42,217 nucleotides of DNA from Nitrososphaerales archaeon (GCA_023256405.1 JAGDXK010000010.1:12250-54466); one strand, 5' to 3'; numbered from the stretch's first letter, positions 16,683-26,353 are shown. Numbers and translations are program-made. Notes: generated from the letters alone by a model not told the origin.

Positions 16683-19409
16683 GTGAGCAAGGTAGAGGTT
16701 CCGAAGCGCATCTACAGGAGGTACCACGAGCTTTTTGGTGAGAAGATGGTCAACGGGAGACGGCTTGTAGTTGAGGAGGTCATAGGACAGGTCTACGACG
16801 AAGTTAAAGACCTCTGGAAGGAATGTCTGAGGGAAAGAAGGAAAACACTCGACAGCGAGCTAAGCGTCAGAGAAAAGTACGCCATCCCGCAGCTGGACAG
16901 TGTATATGAGGATCCGGTAACTGGCGAGAGAAGGACCTTCGGGGAAATCCTGAAGGGACTTATAGACAACTTTCTCGGGAGGAAGACGAACCTTGCATGG
17001 AGGCTCAACGATGAGTTTCCAATACCCGACTACGCCCATCCTCTTAAAAACCCTGGGCTTGAAATAACAGGCCCATGGAACCCGCCAGATATGGCAATTA
17101 AGCAGATAAACGCCGATGTTGCTGCAACCATGGGTCCTGATGACGAGGATGCAGCGCCTCCTGACTACGTGCCCCATGGCTTTCCCTACAGAAACACCGT
17201 GGGGCTTTTTGAATCCAGACTTAACGAGAAGAAAATACTTGCTGGAGAGCTAATGGAGGTTAAGATCGTTAAGAAAGGTCAGCTGAGGACCTATAGAATC
17301 AGCAAGCCCATGGAAAAATGGCCTGCTAGCTTTCATCGAATACCAGGCATACATCTGCTTACATTCAACGTTCTTATCGATGGCAGGCCCGCTCCATCCT
17401 TCATAGTGGATCTTGTTATACACGCCCTTAACGATTTTGAGAGCCTGAAGAAGGTCGGAAGGATGCTTCTTTACTACATACCAAAGACTCAGACTCCACA
17501 GGAGGCCTACATGATAGCAAAGGCAGTATGGAAGCTTGAAAGGCTGATGGGCGCCGTGAGGCCTGGTAGCCTGATCAAGTTCAAGGCGCTTTATGAGGAG
17601 GCAAATGCCGGAAGGTTCCTGCCAGTAATAATGTGGATGTGGAGATACTGGCTCATAGGTACTAACGTTGGAAGATGGGACTACACCGGAAGCCTGATTG
17701 AAATGTGGAAGAACGAAAGGGTTCTTCCCGACCCTCAGAACGGCGCCCGCATGGGCATGGTTTCACCGCACATGATGGCATATCAGAGGTATAACGCGCT
17801 GCTTAACGTGATGGCAGGAATCAAGGACGGGGAGCTTGTTAACGGCGCACCTATAGGTGGCATGGCCGCGGTGATGCTGTATCAGCTTACAGATGCGTAC
17901 AGCAGGTACAGACACAACGCAGTGACCCTGAGGGCCATGAAGCTGGACAAGCTCAGGGAGAGGCTCATAGGGCTGATCTTTGTGCCCGATGAGGACATAG
18001 GCGGCAGAAAGGTGACGCTGAGCGACATCTTGGAGGGAAAGGTCAGAGGAAGGCTTTACGACGCATACAGGCAGAGCTGGGTGGCATCTCCGGATTACCA
18101 GTACGTCGCGGCCGGAAACGAGCCACTCAGAGCCGATCTCAGAAGGCTTCAGGAAATGCTGAAGGCACCAGTTGTGTGGGAGGAGGTTGACGGAGAGAGG
18201 ATAGCTCCAAAACTTGAAAGCGGGCTCACCGAGGACGAAAAGAGACTTTTGAGCAGCCTGGGGCTCATAGATGAGAACGCCAACATAACTCCATGGGTGA
18301 TTACACGGGAAACAATCGATTCTCCAGAAAAGTTGCTTAGCTCAAAGGACCTATGGAGGGGAAGGGATCTTTGGAGCAGCCTTTATGATGTAGCCGAAGG
18401 AGACATCACAGTAGAAAACGTACAGCACGCTTTTTACATGGCCGCCAACTATGGCTTTCAGGTTCTTAACGGAAACCTTGCTGCAGCAATAGACGACTAC
18501 CGCGCTTTTCCTAACAGACTTGTTAGGTTCATGAACGACCTCGCAACGTACAGGATCTTTGTCTCCTGGCTCTGGACGCTCTATAATCGTGGCGCAGTAA
18601 TAACAAAGGACGGATACATAAAGGGACCCAAGCTGACTAGGGATGGTGTAATACCATATGAGGACGTTTACTTTATAAGGGCCGGAACGCCATTTGACAG
18701 AGACCTTCTGGAGAAGATATGGGAGCAGCACTACAGATGGACGGAGGAGTTCTACCGGGACTACGACAGGCTTGTGGCGCTCAGGCTTGTCATAGCTGCA
18801 GTGTCTAAGCTAGGAGGAAGGAGCGAGGAGGGTCTTCAGCAGGCGTCGGACGAGGCACTCAAGACTTTCGCTATGGAGACCAGCCTGACGGAGCCTGTGG
18901 TAAGAAAAATCGCAGAGGTAATGGGGGTCCAGTTCAGGAGGAGGATGCTGGCGCTTTCCAGAAGAATTGTAAGGGTTCAGAACATAATTTCACTGGCTTA
19001 CGGAAAGCCTCCCACTTATAGATCTTACATAACTTTACACCAGGCCGCAAGGAGGATATCAAGAGAGCTTGGACTGAGCGTCAGATACGTCAAAAGCGTT
19101 CTTACGGCGAACAGGCCAATGTTCGACAGGAGCAAGGCCCCGATCATAATGGACGTTCTCAGGAGACAGATTGCGTCTCCTATGTACATACAGCACAGCG
19201 GAAGGGTACTGTTTTCAATAGCGGACAAGGAGCACAACGTAAGGGACAAGATTCTTGATGTGGTGTATCATCTGGACAGAAATCTAAGGCCCATCTACAG
19301 GGATTCCAGCGGAAATCCATCGCGCGAGGAAATCCTGAAGGCTGGAAAGGGAAAGCGGATACCAAACATAGTAGTTCAAATATATGATTATATTTATGAC
19401 AGGTATTAA
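16683..19409 (+). CDS. Malate synthase, unusually large (908 aa) archaeal form
   Basis: The family signature around the catalytic Arg is present: IGTNVGRWDYTGSLIE (compare NCGRWDY in malate synthase A). The catalytic-Asp region is RFMNDLATYRIFVSWLW (compare MEDAATAEISRxQxWQW). An N-terminal extension and a ~230-aa C-terminal extension are additional. The start is GTG. Confidence 0.75.
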   Translation: MSKVEVPKRIYRRYHELFGEKMVNGRRLVVEEVIGQVYDEVKDLWKECLRERRKTLDSELSVREKYAIPQLDSVYEDPVTGERRTFGEILKGLIDNFLGRKTNLAWRLNDEFPIPDYAHPLKNPGLEITGPWNPPDMAIKQINADVAATMGPDDEDAAPPDYVPHGFPYRNTVGLFESRLNEKKILAGELMEVKIVKKGQLRTYRISKPMEKWPASFHRIPGIHLLTFNVLIDGRPAPSFIVDLVIHALNDFESLKKVGRMLLYYIPKTQTPQEAYMIAKAVWKLERLMGAVRPGSLIKFKALYEEANAGRFLPVIMWMWRYWLIGTNVGRWDYTGSLIEMWKNERVLPDPQNGARMGMVSPHMMAYQRYNALLNVMAGIKDGELVNGAPIGGMAAVMLYQLTDAYSRYRHNAVTLRAMKLDKLRERLIGLIFVPDEDIGGRKVTLSDILEGKVRGRLYDAYRQSWVASPDYQYVAAGNEPLRADLRRLQEMLKAPVVWEEVDGERIAPKLESGLTEDEKRLLSSLGLIDENANITPWVITRETIDSPEKLLSSKDLWRGRDLWSSLYDVAEGDITVENVQHAFYMAANYGFQVLNGNLAAAIDDYRAFPNRLVRFMNDLATYRIFVSWLWTLYNRGAVITKDGYIKGPKLTRDGVIPYEDVYFIRAGTPFDRDLLEKIWEQHYRWTEEFYRDYDRLVALRLVIAAVSKLGGRSEEGLQQASDEALKTFAMETSLTEPVVRKIAEVMGVQFRRRMLALSRRIVRVQNIISLAYGKPPTYRSYITLHQAARRISRELGLSVRYVKSVLTANRPMFDRSKAPIIMDVLRRQIASPMYIQHSGRVLFSIADKEHNVRDKILDVVYHLDRNLRPIYRDSSGNPSREEILKAGKGKRIPNIVVQIYDYIYDRY

Positions 19410-19432
19410 GAAAGAGCCTGTTCTTTATTGAT

Positions 19433-20590
19433 CTAGAAACCGTTCTTGAAGAGAACTTCCTCAGCTGCAGCTATTCCCTTGCCGAGATCAACGTCGTAGC
19501 CGTTCTTCTTTAGGGCCCTTTCTATGGCTCCCACCGCTATCAGCACTTCCGACGCTGTTATGCTGCCCATGTGCCCTATCCTGAAGTACCTCTCCTTTAT
19601 CTCCGGCACAAGCCCTCCCGCAAATACGGCTCCAAAGCGCTCCGCATCGCTCAGAAAGCTTGACTGCTTAACCATTTCAGGCAGGAACTGAACGCTGATG
19701 GTGTTTGCATAAGCGCCTTCCTCAGGTATCATCTTAAGCCCTAGGCTTCTTATCGCAGCTCTAATGCTTTCAGCTATGATCTCGTGCCTTTTTACTCTGT
19801 TATCTAATCCCTCCTTTAATATGCTGTTCAGGCTGACATCCAAAGCGTAAATCAGGTTCACCGCGGGCGTAGCGAAATAAGCCGCCTTCCCTTGCATATA
19901 GCTGTTAAGAATATCCCTCCATTTTCTCAGATCTGAATAGAAACTAAGAGGCTGAACCTTTTCCATTGCCTTGAGAGCCTTAGGCCCCACCACCCCAACA
20001 GCAAGCCCAGGGGGTGTTCCCAGCGCCTTTTGGGATGCCGTGAAAGCCACGTCCGCACCCCACTCCATGCTGAACTCCTCGCCTCCTATAGAGCACACGC
20101 CGTCCACAACTAGGAGGGTGTCCAGATCTCGGAAACCATTCGCGATTTCCTTTACGTTGTTTCTTACTCCCGTGCTTGTGTCAACGTGCGTAACGGTAAC
20201 CAGATCGTAACCGCCCTTGCTTGCTCTTTCATAAACTTCCTTGGGATCTGCTGGACGACCAAGAGGGGTCCTGTAGACTTCAACTTTCTTGGCAAACCTT
20301 GAAAGAAGATCCACAAACCTGTCTCCGAAATACCCGGTGCTGACCACTAGAACGCTCGAATCGCGTTTAATGAAGTTAACAGTCGCTATCTCCATTGCCA
20401 GGGTTCCGGAGCCAGCGATTACAAAGGGCAGGCCCTCTTTAGCGCCAAAGACCCTCATCGTGTTTTCAAGGGCGCTTCGGAAAACTTCCGTGAACTCCTT
20501 TGATGTGTGAGCGTAAGTCGGCCTTGACATTGCGGCAAGAACGTCGTGCTCGTACTCTACCGGGCCGGGGATCATCAGAATTTTCTTCAA
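19433..20590 (-). CDS. Class-V PLP aminotransferase (serine/alanine-glyoxylate type)
   Basis: It has MIPGPVE and the PLP-lysine motif TASQKALGTPPGL, plus FRIGHMG near the C-terminus. The apparent start is TTG (or an ATG 5 codons in). Confidence 0.85.
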   Translation of the reverse strand: MKKILMIPGPVEYEHDVLAAMSRPTYAHTSKEFTEVFRSALENTMRVFGAKEGLPFVIAGSGTLAMEIATVNFIKRDSSVLVVSTGYFGDRFVDLLSRFAKKVEVYRTPLGRPADPKEVYERASKGGYDLVTVTHVDTSTGVRNNVKEIANGFRDLDTLLVVDGVCSIGGEEFSMEWGADVAFTASQKALGTPPGLAVGVVGPKALKAMEKVQPLSFYSDLRKWRDILNSYMQGKAAYFATPAVNLIYALDVSLNSILKEGLDNRVKRHEIIAESIRAAIRSLGLKMIPEEGAYANTISVQFLPEMVKQSSFLSDAERFGAVFAGGLVPEIKERYFRIGHMGSITASEVLIAVGAIERALKKNGYDVDLGKGIAAAEEVLFKNGF

Positions 20591-20632
20591 CTTGATTTTT
20601 AATTTTCAGAAAGTATATTTAAACTTTTAATC

Positions 20633-21679
20633 TCAGATCCTGAAAGCGTCCTTTGAAATGAGATTCGTAGAGGCAGCCTTCATGTCCCTGAGATAGTTTG
20701 AAGTAAGAAGCGTCAGGAACATGGAGTCCCGGTATAGCCTTTCGATCCCCACGTCCTCCAGATATCCGTAGCCTCCATGTACCTGAAGAGCTATGCGGGA
20801 GGCTAGCCTCGCAATCTCAAGAGCATGAAGCTTGAACATAACTGTGCCCTCCCCACCTTCCGATGCCGTGAGCGCATCCTTCATGTGACCTATTCTGCTC
20901 TTCATGTCGCTCAGAACCGCAGCTATGGGCTGAAATTCATACAAATAGCTTTCAAACGCCCTTCTCTGCTTAGAGTACTCTATTGCTTTATCGATAGCGG
21001 ATTCGGCAATTCCAAGGGCGATCGCTCCCACCTGTATTGATGAGGAATCGAGATGTCTAGCAAGGGCCTCCTCTGCTTTCTCCTGAATCAGCACGTTCTC
21101 CCTGGCAACTTCACTATCATAAAAGCTCACGCCAAACTCCAGCGCTCTTAAACCTAAGGGCTTTTTTCTCTCAACCCGGCTTGGTTTGGCAAGCACTAAC
21201 AGAGATCTTTCAGAAGATCTGGCTAGAACTATGTGGTAGGTTGCGCTTGGCAGCACCACGTACTCGTTCTCTCCTTGCAGCTTCGTTCCCTCGACCTTCA
21301 CATTATGCTGAGAGTTCATGTTTATATCGTGGACCATCGTTCCTGTAATTTCCCCGGATGCCACTGTTGGGATCAGGTCTGACCTTCCGGTCTGATGGAG
21401 AACCTCGTTAACGAGCGTGTTTTGCACGTATATGTAGTACGCGACAGATGGTGAATACTTTGCTATCGTGTAGAGAATCAGCGAGAACGACCTTACATCT
21501 ATGCCAGAGCCTCCTTCAGATGGTGGGACTGTTGCTGCAAGCAGGCCAAGCTCCGCCAGCCTCCTGACTAATGGCCGTGGTAGCCCCTCCTTCTCTATTT
21601 TAAGCGAAACGCTTTCAAGCTCTGACTTGGCAAACTGCTCTATTACATTTATAAGCAGCTTCTGCTCCTCCGAGGACAT
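20633..21679 (-). CDS. Acyl-CoA dehydrogenase-fold protein, catalytically degenerate paralogue
   Basis: It has the three-domain ACAD layout and a C-terminal QVHGGYGYLEDVGIERLYRD. The position of the catalytic Glu (xEGTxEI) reads LLTSNYL. The mid-domain TEPxxGSD signature is absent (reads ITGTMVHD). Confidence 0.75.
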   Translation of the reverse strand: MSSEEQKLLINVIEQFAKSELESVSLKIEKEGLPRPLVRRLAELGLLAATVPPSEGGSGIDVRSFSLILYTIAKYSPSVAYYIYVQNTLVNEVLHQTGRSDLIPTVASGEITGTMVHDINMNSQHNVKVEGTKLQGENEYVVLPSATYHIVLARSSERSLLVLAKPSRVERKKPLGLRALEFGVSFYDSEVARENVLIQEKAEEALARHLDSSSIQVGAIALGIAESAIDKAIEYSKQRRAFESYLYEFQPIAAVLSDMKSRIGHMKDALTASEGGEGTVMFKLHALEIARLASRIALQVHGGYGYLEDVGIERLYRDSMFLTLLTSNYLRDMKAASTNLISKDAFRI

Positions 21680-21680
21680 G

Positions 21681-22802
21681 TTACTTCGCCTCCGAAAGCC
21701 TCCTGAGCAGCATCCTCGATATAACTAGCTTTTCTATCTCGTTTGTGCCCTCCCATATTTCAGTGATCTTCGCATCCCTGTAAAGCTTCTCAACCCTTGT
21801 GTTCAGCCCCTCTACCCCTATTATTTTGAAAGCTTCGTTCGCCACGAAGTTAGCCACATCGGCAGCATAATACTTTGCCATGCTAGTTAGTACTGGATCT
21901 GGATTAAACGCGAAGACCTTGGAGGCTGCCTTGTAGGTAAGGTTTCTTGCTGCCTCAACCATAGTGCTCATCTCAGCAAGCGCGAACTGTACCGACTCCA
22001 TTTCCCTGAAGCTCTGTGGCTTCCTCGAAAGGTAGTCCATGAGCGCATCCAGTATTCCCTGCGCCGTTCCAACGCTCTGGGCCGCCACATAAACCCTGCT
22101 GATGTTAAAAAAGGTCATGACTATGTAAAAGCCCTTTCCCTCTTCTCCAAGCGTGTTTTCAACCGGGATCTCAACGTTTTCAAAGGTTATTTCAGCTGTA
22201 TCAGTAGCCCTCATTCCAAGCTTCCCCTTCAATTTAACGGGGTTTACACCCTTCCATCTCCTCTCAACTATTACAAGCGTTAGCCCGTGATGTCTTTTGT
22301 CCTTTGGCGGCAGCGACGATCTGGCAAGCAAATAGTAGTGGTCTGCCACAGTACCATTTGTTATGAACATTTTGTGCCCATTAAGAATCCATCCTCTTTC
22401 CGTTTTATCTAGTCTGGAGGAGATTCCAGCGACGTCGCTTCCCGCTCCTGGCTCCGTTACCGCAACAGCGCTTATCTTCTCTCCCCTCAGAGTTGGATAC
22501 ATGTACTTTTCCTTCTGTTCGTCCGTGCCGTAAAGAAGAACCATTTCAGCGCCGAAAACTGAAGCCAGGGAGCTGAGTCCAAGGCCCGGGTCAACCCTGC
22601 AGAACTCCTCCATAGTAACGAGCATGTTCCATGGATTTTCTAGCGTTATAAATCCCGCCTCAAAGACCTTCTTTCTAATCTCATTGGGGTACTCTTCGGT
22701 CTCATCATAGTGCCTTATCAGATCGTCCGTGAACTCCCTCAGGGCAAACTCTCTGGCCTTCTTTCTGGTCTGCTCCACTTCTTCTGGGAGCTCAAAGCTC
22801 AA
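21681..22802 (-). CDS. Acyl-CoA dehydrogenase (canonical)
   Basis: It has AVAVTEPGAGSDVAG (the TEPxxGSD signature) and RDAKITEIWEGTNEIEKL, which carries the catalytic Glu. Confidence 0.9.
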   Translation of the reverse strand: MSFELPEEVEQTRKKAREFALREFTDDLIRHYDETEEYPNEIRKKVFEAGFITLENPWNMLVTMEEFCRVDPGLGLSSLASVFGAEMVLLYGTDEQKEKYMYPTLRGEKISAVAVTEPGAGSDVAGISSRLDKTERGWILNGHKMFITNGTVADHYYLLARSSLPPKDKRHHGLTLVIVERRWKGVNPVKLKGKLGMRATDTAEITFENVEIPVENTLGEEGKGFYIVMTFFNISRVYVAAQSVGTAQGILDALMDYLSRKPQSFREMESVQFALAEMSTMVEAARNLTYKAASKVFAFNPDPVLTSMAKYYAADVANFVANEAFKIIGVEGLNTRVEKLYRDAKITEIWEGTNEIEKLVISRMLLRRLSEAK

Positions 22803-22804
22803 TC

Positions 22805-23989
22805 TTACTCCACCCTTTCAAGCACCGCAGCATATCCCTGTCCTCCGCCAACGCAGAGCGTGGCCACGCCGTACTTGGCCTTCTTCTCGTTAAGTATTCT
22901 TGCGAGCGTCCCGGTGATTCTTGCCCCCGTGGCCCCCAGTGGATGCCCTATGGCAATGGCACCTCCATGCACGTTGACCTTATCAGGATCGAGCTTTAGC
23001 TCCTTAATTGCGTAGAGAGTAACCACAGCAAATGCTTCATTTATTTCCCAGTAATCTACGTCCTCAACGCTGAGCCCTGCCTTTTCAAGCGCTTTTCTGC
23101 TAGCCGGAACGGGTCCCTTGCCCATAAGGTAGGGCTCAACTCCAGCCCATCCAATCGACTTTATCTTCGCGAGAGGCTTAAGGTTGTACTTTTCAACGGC
23201 TCTCTCAGACGCAAGAAGAACTGCCGATGCTCCAGAGTTGAGTGGTGATGAATTTCCTGCTGTTATCACGCCCCCAGGCTTGAACGCTGGAGGCAGGGAT
23301 GCTATGGCCTCGAGAGAAGTATCGGGCCTTATGCTCTGATCCCTGTCTACCACGATTTCCTTTCCCTGGTACTCGGTCTTAACTGGCAGAATCTCCCCCG
23401 AGAACCACCCATCCTGAAGAGCTCTGGATGCGAGGAGGTGGCTCCTGTAGGACCACTCGTCCATATCCTTTTTAGTTATCCCGCTGACCTCAGCGAGCTT
23501 CTCAGCAGTCAGGCCCATTACATAGCCGACGTTCATCTGATATTTCATGTACTCAGGTCTTATCAGGAGCTTGTAGTTTGGCACAACGTGGGGGTTATCG
23601 CTCATAGGAACGTGAGTCATGTGCTCCATGCCTCCGGCAATTACCAGCTCTGAGTTTCCCGTCTGAATTTCCATAGCCCCTATTCCTATTGCTGTAAGAG
23701 ATGACGCGCAGGCCCTGTCAACAGCCATCGAGGGGACCTCCCACGGGAGGTTTGCGAGAAGAACTGGATGTCTCCCCCCATAGAGCCAGTTCTCGTGTAC
23801 CTGGAAGGCACAGCCGGTAATTACGTCTCCTATCTCCTTTGGATCAACGTTGGTTCTCTTTATTATCTCCTTTATAAGAAGCGCAAGAACTTCATCCATC
23901 CTGAGGGCGTTGAAGACGTCCCTCTCGGGCTCTTTAGGTCTTGACCTCGAAAACGGGCTCCTCAGATAATCCGCTATATACACGTCCAT
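22805..23989 (-). CDS. Acetyl-CoA C-acyltransferase (thiolase)
   Basis: The nucleophile Cys is in DRACASSLTAI. Also present are NEAFA, the His in GGAIAIGHPLGATGARI, and the acid/base Cys in LCVGGGQGYA. Confidence 0.9.
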   Translation of the reverse strand: MDVYIADYLRSPFSRSRPKEPERDVFNALRMDEVLALLIKEIIKRTNVDPKEIGDVITGCAFQVHENWLYGGRHPVLLANLPWEVPSMAVDRACASSLTAIGIGAMEIQTGNSELVIAGGMEHMTHVPMSDNPHVVPNYKLLIRPEYMKYQMNVGYVMGLTAEKLAEVSGITKKDMDEWSYRSHLLASRALQDGWFSGEILPVKTEYQGKEIVVDRDQSIRPDTSLEAIASLPPAFKPGGVITAGNSSPLNSGASAVLLASERAVEKYNLKPLAKIKSIGWAGVEPYLMGKGPVPASRKALEKAGLSVEDVDYWEINEAFAVVTLYAIKELKLDPDKVNVHGGAIAIGHPLGATGARITGTLARILNEKKAKYGVATLCVGGGQGYAAVLERVE

Positions 23990-23990
23990 T

Positions 23991-25991
23991 TTATCTTCCC
24001 CTGTACTTTGGCTTTCTCTTCTGGAAGAGGCTTGATATTCCCTCCTTCAGGTCCTCCGTGTTGAAGAGTATGCCGAAGGCCGTTGATTCCCACTCGAGAC
24101 CCACGTCCATCGGCACCTCGGCTGCCTTGTTTACGAGCCTCTTTGCAAGGGCCTCAGCTATTGGAGCGTTGTTTGTTGCTATCTCCTTTGCAAGCCTTAT
24201 CGCCTCCTCATCTGCGGTTGCCCTGTCAAATGCAAGAGACGCTATTCCGAGCTTAACCGCCTCCTCCCCTGAGATCCTCCTTCCTGTGAGAATAAGCCAG
24301 AGGGCCGTGTTCATCCCCGCAAGCTTGGCAAGCCTCTGTGTTCCTCCCCATCCCGGTATCAGTCCCAGCGTAGTCTCTGGGAAACCGATGACAGCATCCT
24401 TGGTTGTAACCCTTATGTCGCAGGCAAGGGCCAGCTCAAACCCACCTCCAAGAACGTATCCCTTCATTTCGGCAATTGTCACCTTTGGTATTTCAGCAAG
24501 CTTTCTGAACACCCTTTCTCCTTTTCTTGAAAACTCTATGAACTGCATGGCGTCAGATATGTAGGTTGAAAGGTCCGCGCCGGCCGAGAAGTCATCGCCT
24601 GCTCCGGTAAGCAGCATCACCCATATATCCCTGTCATTCCACATGCTCTCGATGGCCCTGTCCAGCTCGTCTATTACCTCCGGGCTGAGGAAGTTCCTCT
24701 TCGGTCTGTCTATGAGCACCCTTACTACATGATCTCCTAAGTTCTCAATTCTTATGAACTTGAAGCCAGAGGGAGAAGCCGGTGCTGCCGGCCTAGCGGC
24801 CTCCTTCACTTCAGCCTGCTGAACGTACCTTCCCTCTATTACATCCCTCAGCTTTCCCATCTGTATGCTCTTTGCTGGCTTGAATACTTCGCATTCAAAA
24901 GTCTTTGACAGTTCTTCAAGCTTGCTCTTTACCTCATCGTTGGTAAGGGACTTGGCAACAGTAATAGGGCCAAATGGTCTGTTTAGTCCTAGCTTAACCG
25001 CGGTCTCTATATCGTCTGGACCTGCAACGCCTTCCTCTATAAGCTTTACAGCCTCGTTAACCTCTAGGACAAGCACGTCGAGAAGGCCTATCTTATCAGT
25101 CTCCTTGGCAGGAGGTATCTTCGCCCTGCCTCCTTCCCATTCGTAGAACCCCATTCCGCTCTTTTTGCCAAGCCTCCCCTGCTTGACCAGCTCGCCTATG
25201 GTTCTGCACTTGGCATAATCCGGCGATAGCGTCTTTGCATAATACTCAAGGGAGTCATACACGACATCCAGCCCGACAAAGTCCATGAGCTCATATGGCC
25301 CCATTGGAAGGCCCTGAGATCTGGCAAATGCATCTACCTCCTCGGGCTTTGCCAGCCCCCTGTCCGCCACGAGGCAAAAGAAGAGAAGTTCAGGTGCGCT
25401 GACCCTGTTAACTATGAATCCCGGAGTGTCCTTCAGGACCTTGATGGGCTCCTTTCCAAGCCCCTTCATTATCTCGTAAGCTCTGTCAAGCACTGCGTCC
25501 TCCGTCAGTTCGCCCTTGACCAGCTCCACGAGCTTCATTATAACCGGAGGGTTGAAGAAGTGGGTTCCAAGAAACCTTCCAGGGCCGCTGACGTATCGGG
25601 AGAGCTCCGTAATCCTGATGTTTGATGTGTTGGTGCCAATTATAGCATCAGGCCTGGCGGCCTTGCTTGCCCGTGAAAGAACTTCTGCCTTTATTTCAAT
25701 CTTCTCAGGAACCGCCTCTATTATTATATCTGAGCCGCTCACCGAGCTCTCAAGATCCGTGGAGAGCCTGAGCTTTGAGAGGATCGAATTTACGTCCTCT
25801 GTCCTTATTTTTCCTCTTTCAGCGAACCTTTTAAGGCTGTCCTCTATGAGCGCTTTTGCCCTCTTCAGAGCCTGTTCGCTTACGTCAACGAGGGTAACTT
25901 CATATCCCCCAAGAAGAAATACCTCAGCTATGCCGTGTCCCATCTCGCCGGCTCCTATCACCGTCGCCCTTCCGCCGTTCATTACAATCAC
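23991..25991 (-). CDS. Bifunctional 3-hydroxyacyl-CoA dehydrogenase (N-terminal) / enoyl-CoA hydratase (C-terminal)
   Basis: The N-terminal Rossmann motif is VIGAGEMGHGIA, with the HADH core GFIVNR. The C-terminal crotonase motifs are LLTGAGDDFSAGADL and GYVLGGGFELALACDIR. Confidence 0.9.
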   Translation of the reverse strand: MIVMNGGRATVIGAGEMGHGIAEVFLLGGYEVTLVDVSEQALKRAKALIEDSLKRFAERGKIRTEDVNSILSKLRLSTDLESSVSGSDIIIEAVPEKIEIKAEVLSRASKAARPDAIIGTNTSNIRITELSRYVSGPGRFLGTHFFNPPVIMKLVELVKGELTEDAVLDRAYEIMKGLGKEPIKVLKDTPGFIVNRVSAPELLFFCLVADRGLAKPEEVDAFARSQGLPMGPYELMDFVGLDVVYDSLEYYAKTLSPDYAKCRTIGELVKQGRLGKKSGMGFYEWEGGRAKIPPAKETDKIGLLDVLVLEVNEAVKLIEEGVAGPDDIETAVKLGLNRPFGPITVAKSLTNDEVKSKLEELSKTFECEVFKPAKSIQMGKLRDVIEGRYVQQAEVKEAARPAAPASPSGFKFIRIENLGDHVVRVLIDRPKRNFLSPEVIDELDRAIESMWNDRDIWVMLLTGAGDDFSAGADLSTYISDAMQFIEFSRKGERVFRKLAEIPKVTIAEMKGYVLGGGFELALACDIRVTTKDAVIGFPETTLGLIPGWGGTQRLAKLAGMNTALWLILTGRRISGEEAVKLGIASLAFDRATADEEAIRLAKEIATNNAPIAEALAKRLVNKAAEVPMDVGLEWESTAFGILFNTEDLKEGISSLFQKRKPKYRGR

Positions 25992-26332
25992 TGCACCAGC
26001 TTCTTTACCTCGTTAACGAGGCTCTGGGCGAACAGCAGATCGCCCGAAACCTTCAGCTTCCCAAGAAACATCGACCTGACCGGATCCGTCTTTCCAAGTA
26101 TTATGTCAGCTATAAGCTGATCAGCACCAGAAACGGTTGCGTTTGGGCTCTGAGCCGCCCCATCAGAGAGCTTTATGCTGCCGTCTTCAGCAAAGACCAC
26201 ATAGAAGTTCCTTCCCTCGTTAAGCTTGAACTGGAGAGCTTTTCCGGCGAACTTTTTCAGAACCTGCTTCTTGTTCTGATCGCTGTTGATTTTCTGAGAA
26301 AGCTCAGCTAGAAGTTCAAATGTTGTCATCAA
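25988..26332 (-). CDS. SCP2 (sterol/lipid carrier) domain protein
   Basis: This is a 114-aa protein. Its C-terminal ILGKTDPVRSMFLGKLKVSGDLLFAQSL matches the SCP2 signature. It overlaps the next gene by 4 nt and is the first gene of the operon. Confidence 0.75.
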   Translation of the reverse strand: MMTTFELLAELSQKINSDQNKKQVLKKFAGKALQFKLNEGRNFYVVFAEDGSIKLSDGAAQSPNATVSGADQLIADIILGKTDPVRSMFLGKLKVSGDLLFAQSLVNEVKKLVQ

Positions 26333-26353
26333 TCTTATAATTTCGTTCTACCG

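Noticed and set aside
23941-26016. Long antisense ORFs (207, 93 and 166 aa) lie opposite the HADH/ECH gene. A similar 191-aa antisense ORF lies opposite the acyl-CoA synthetase gene (32091-32666).
   Set aside because: They are Ser/Pro/Ala/Leu-rich low-complexity translations, typical of the antisense frame of a well-supported gene. They have no independent start context.
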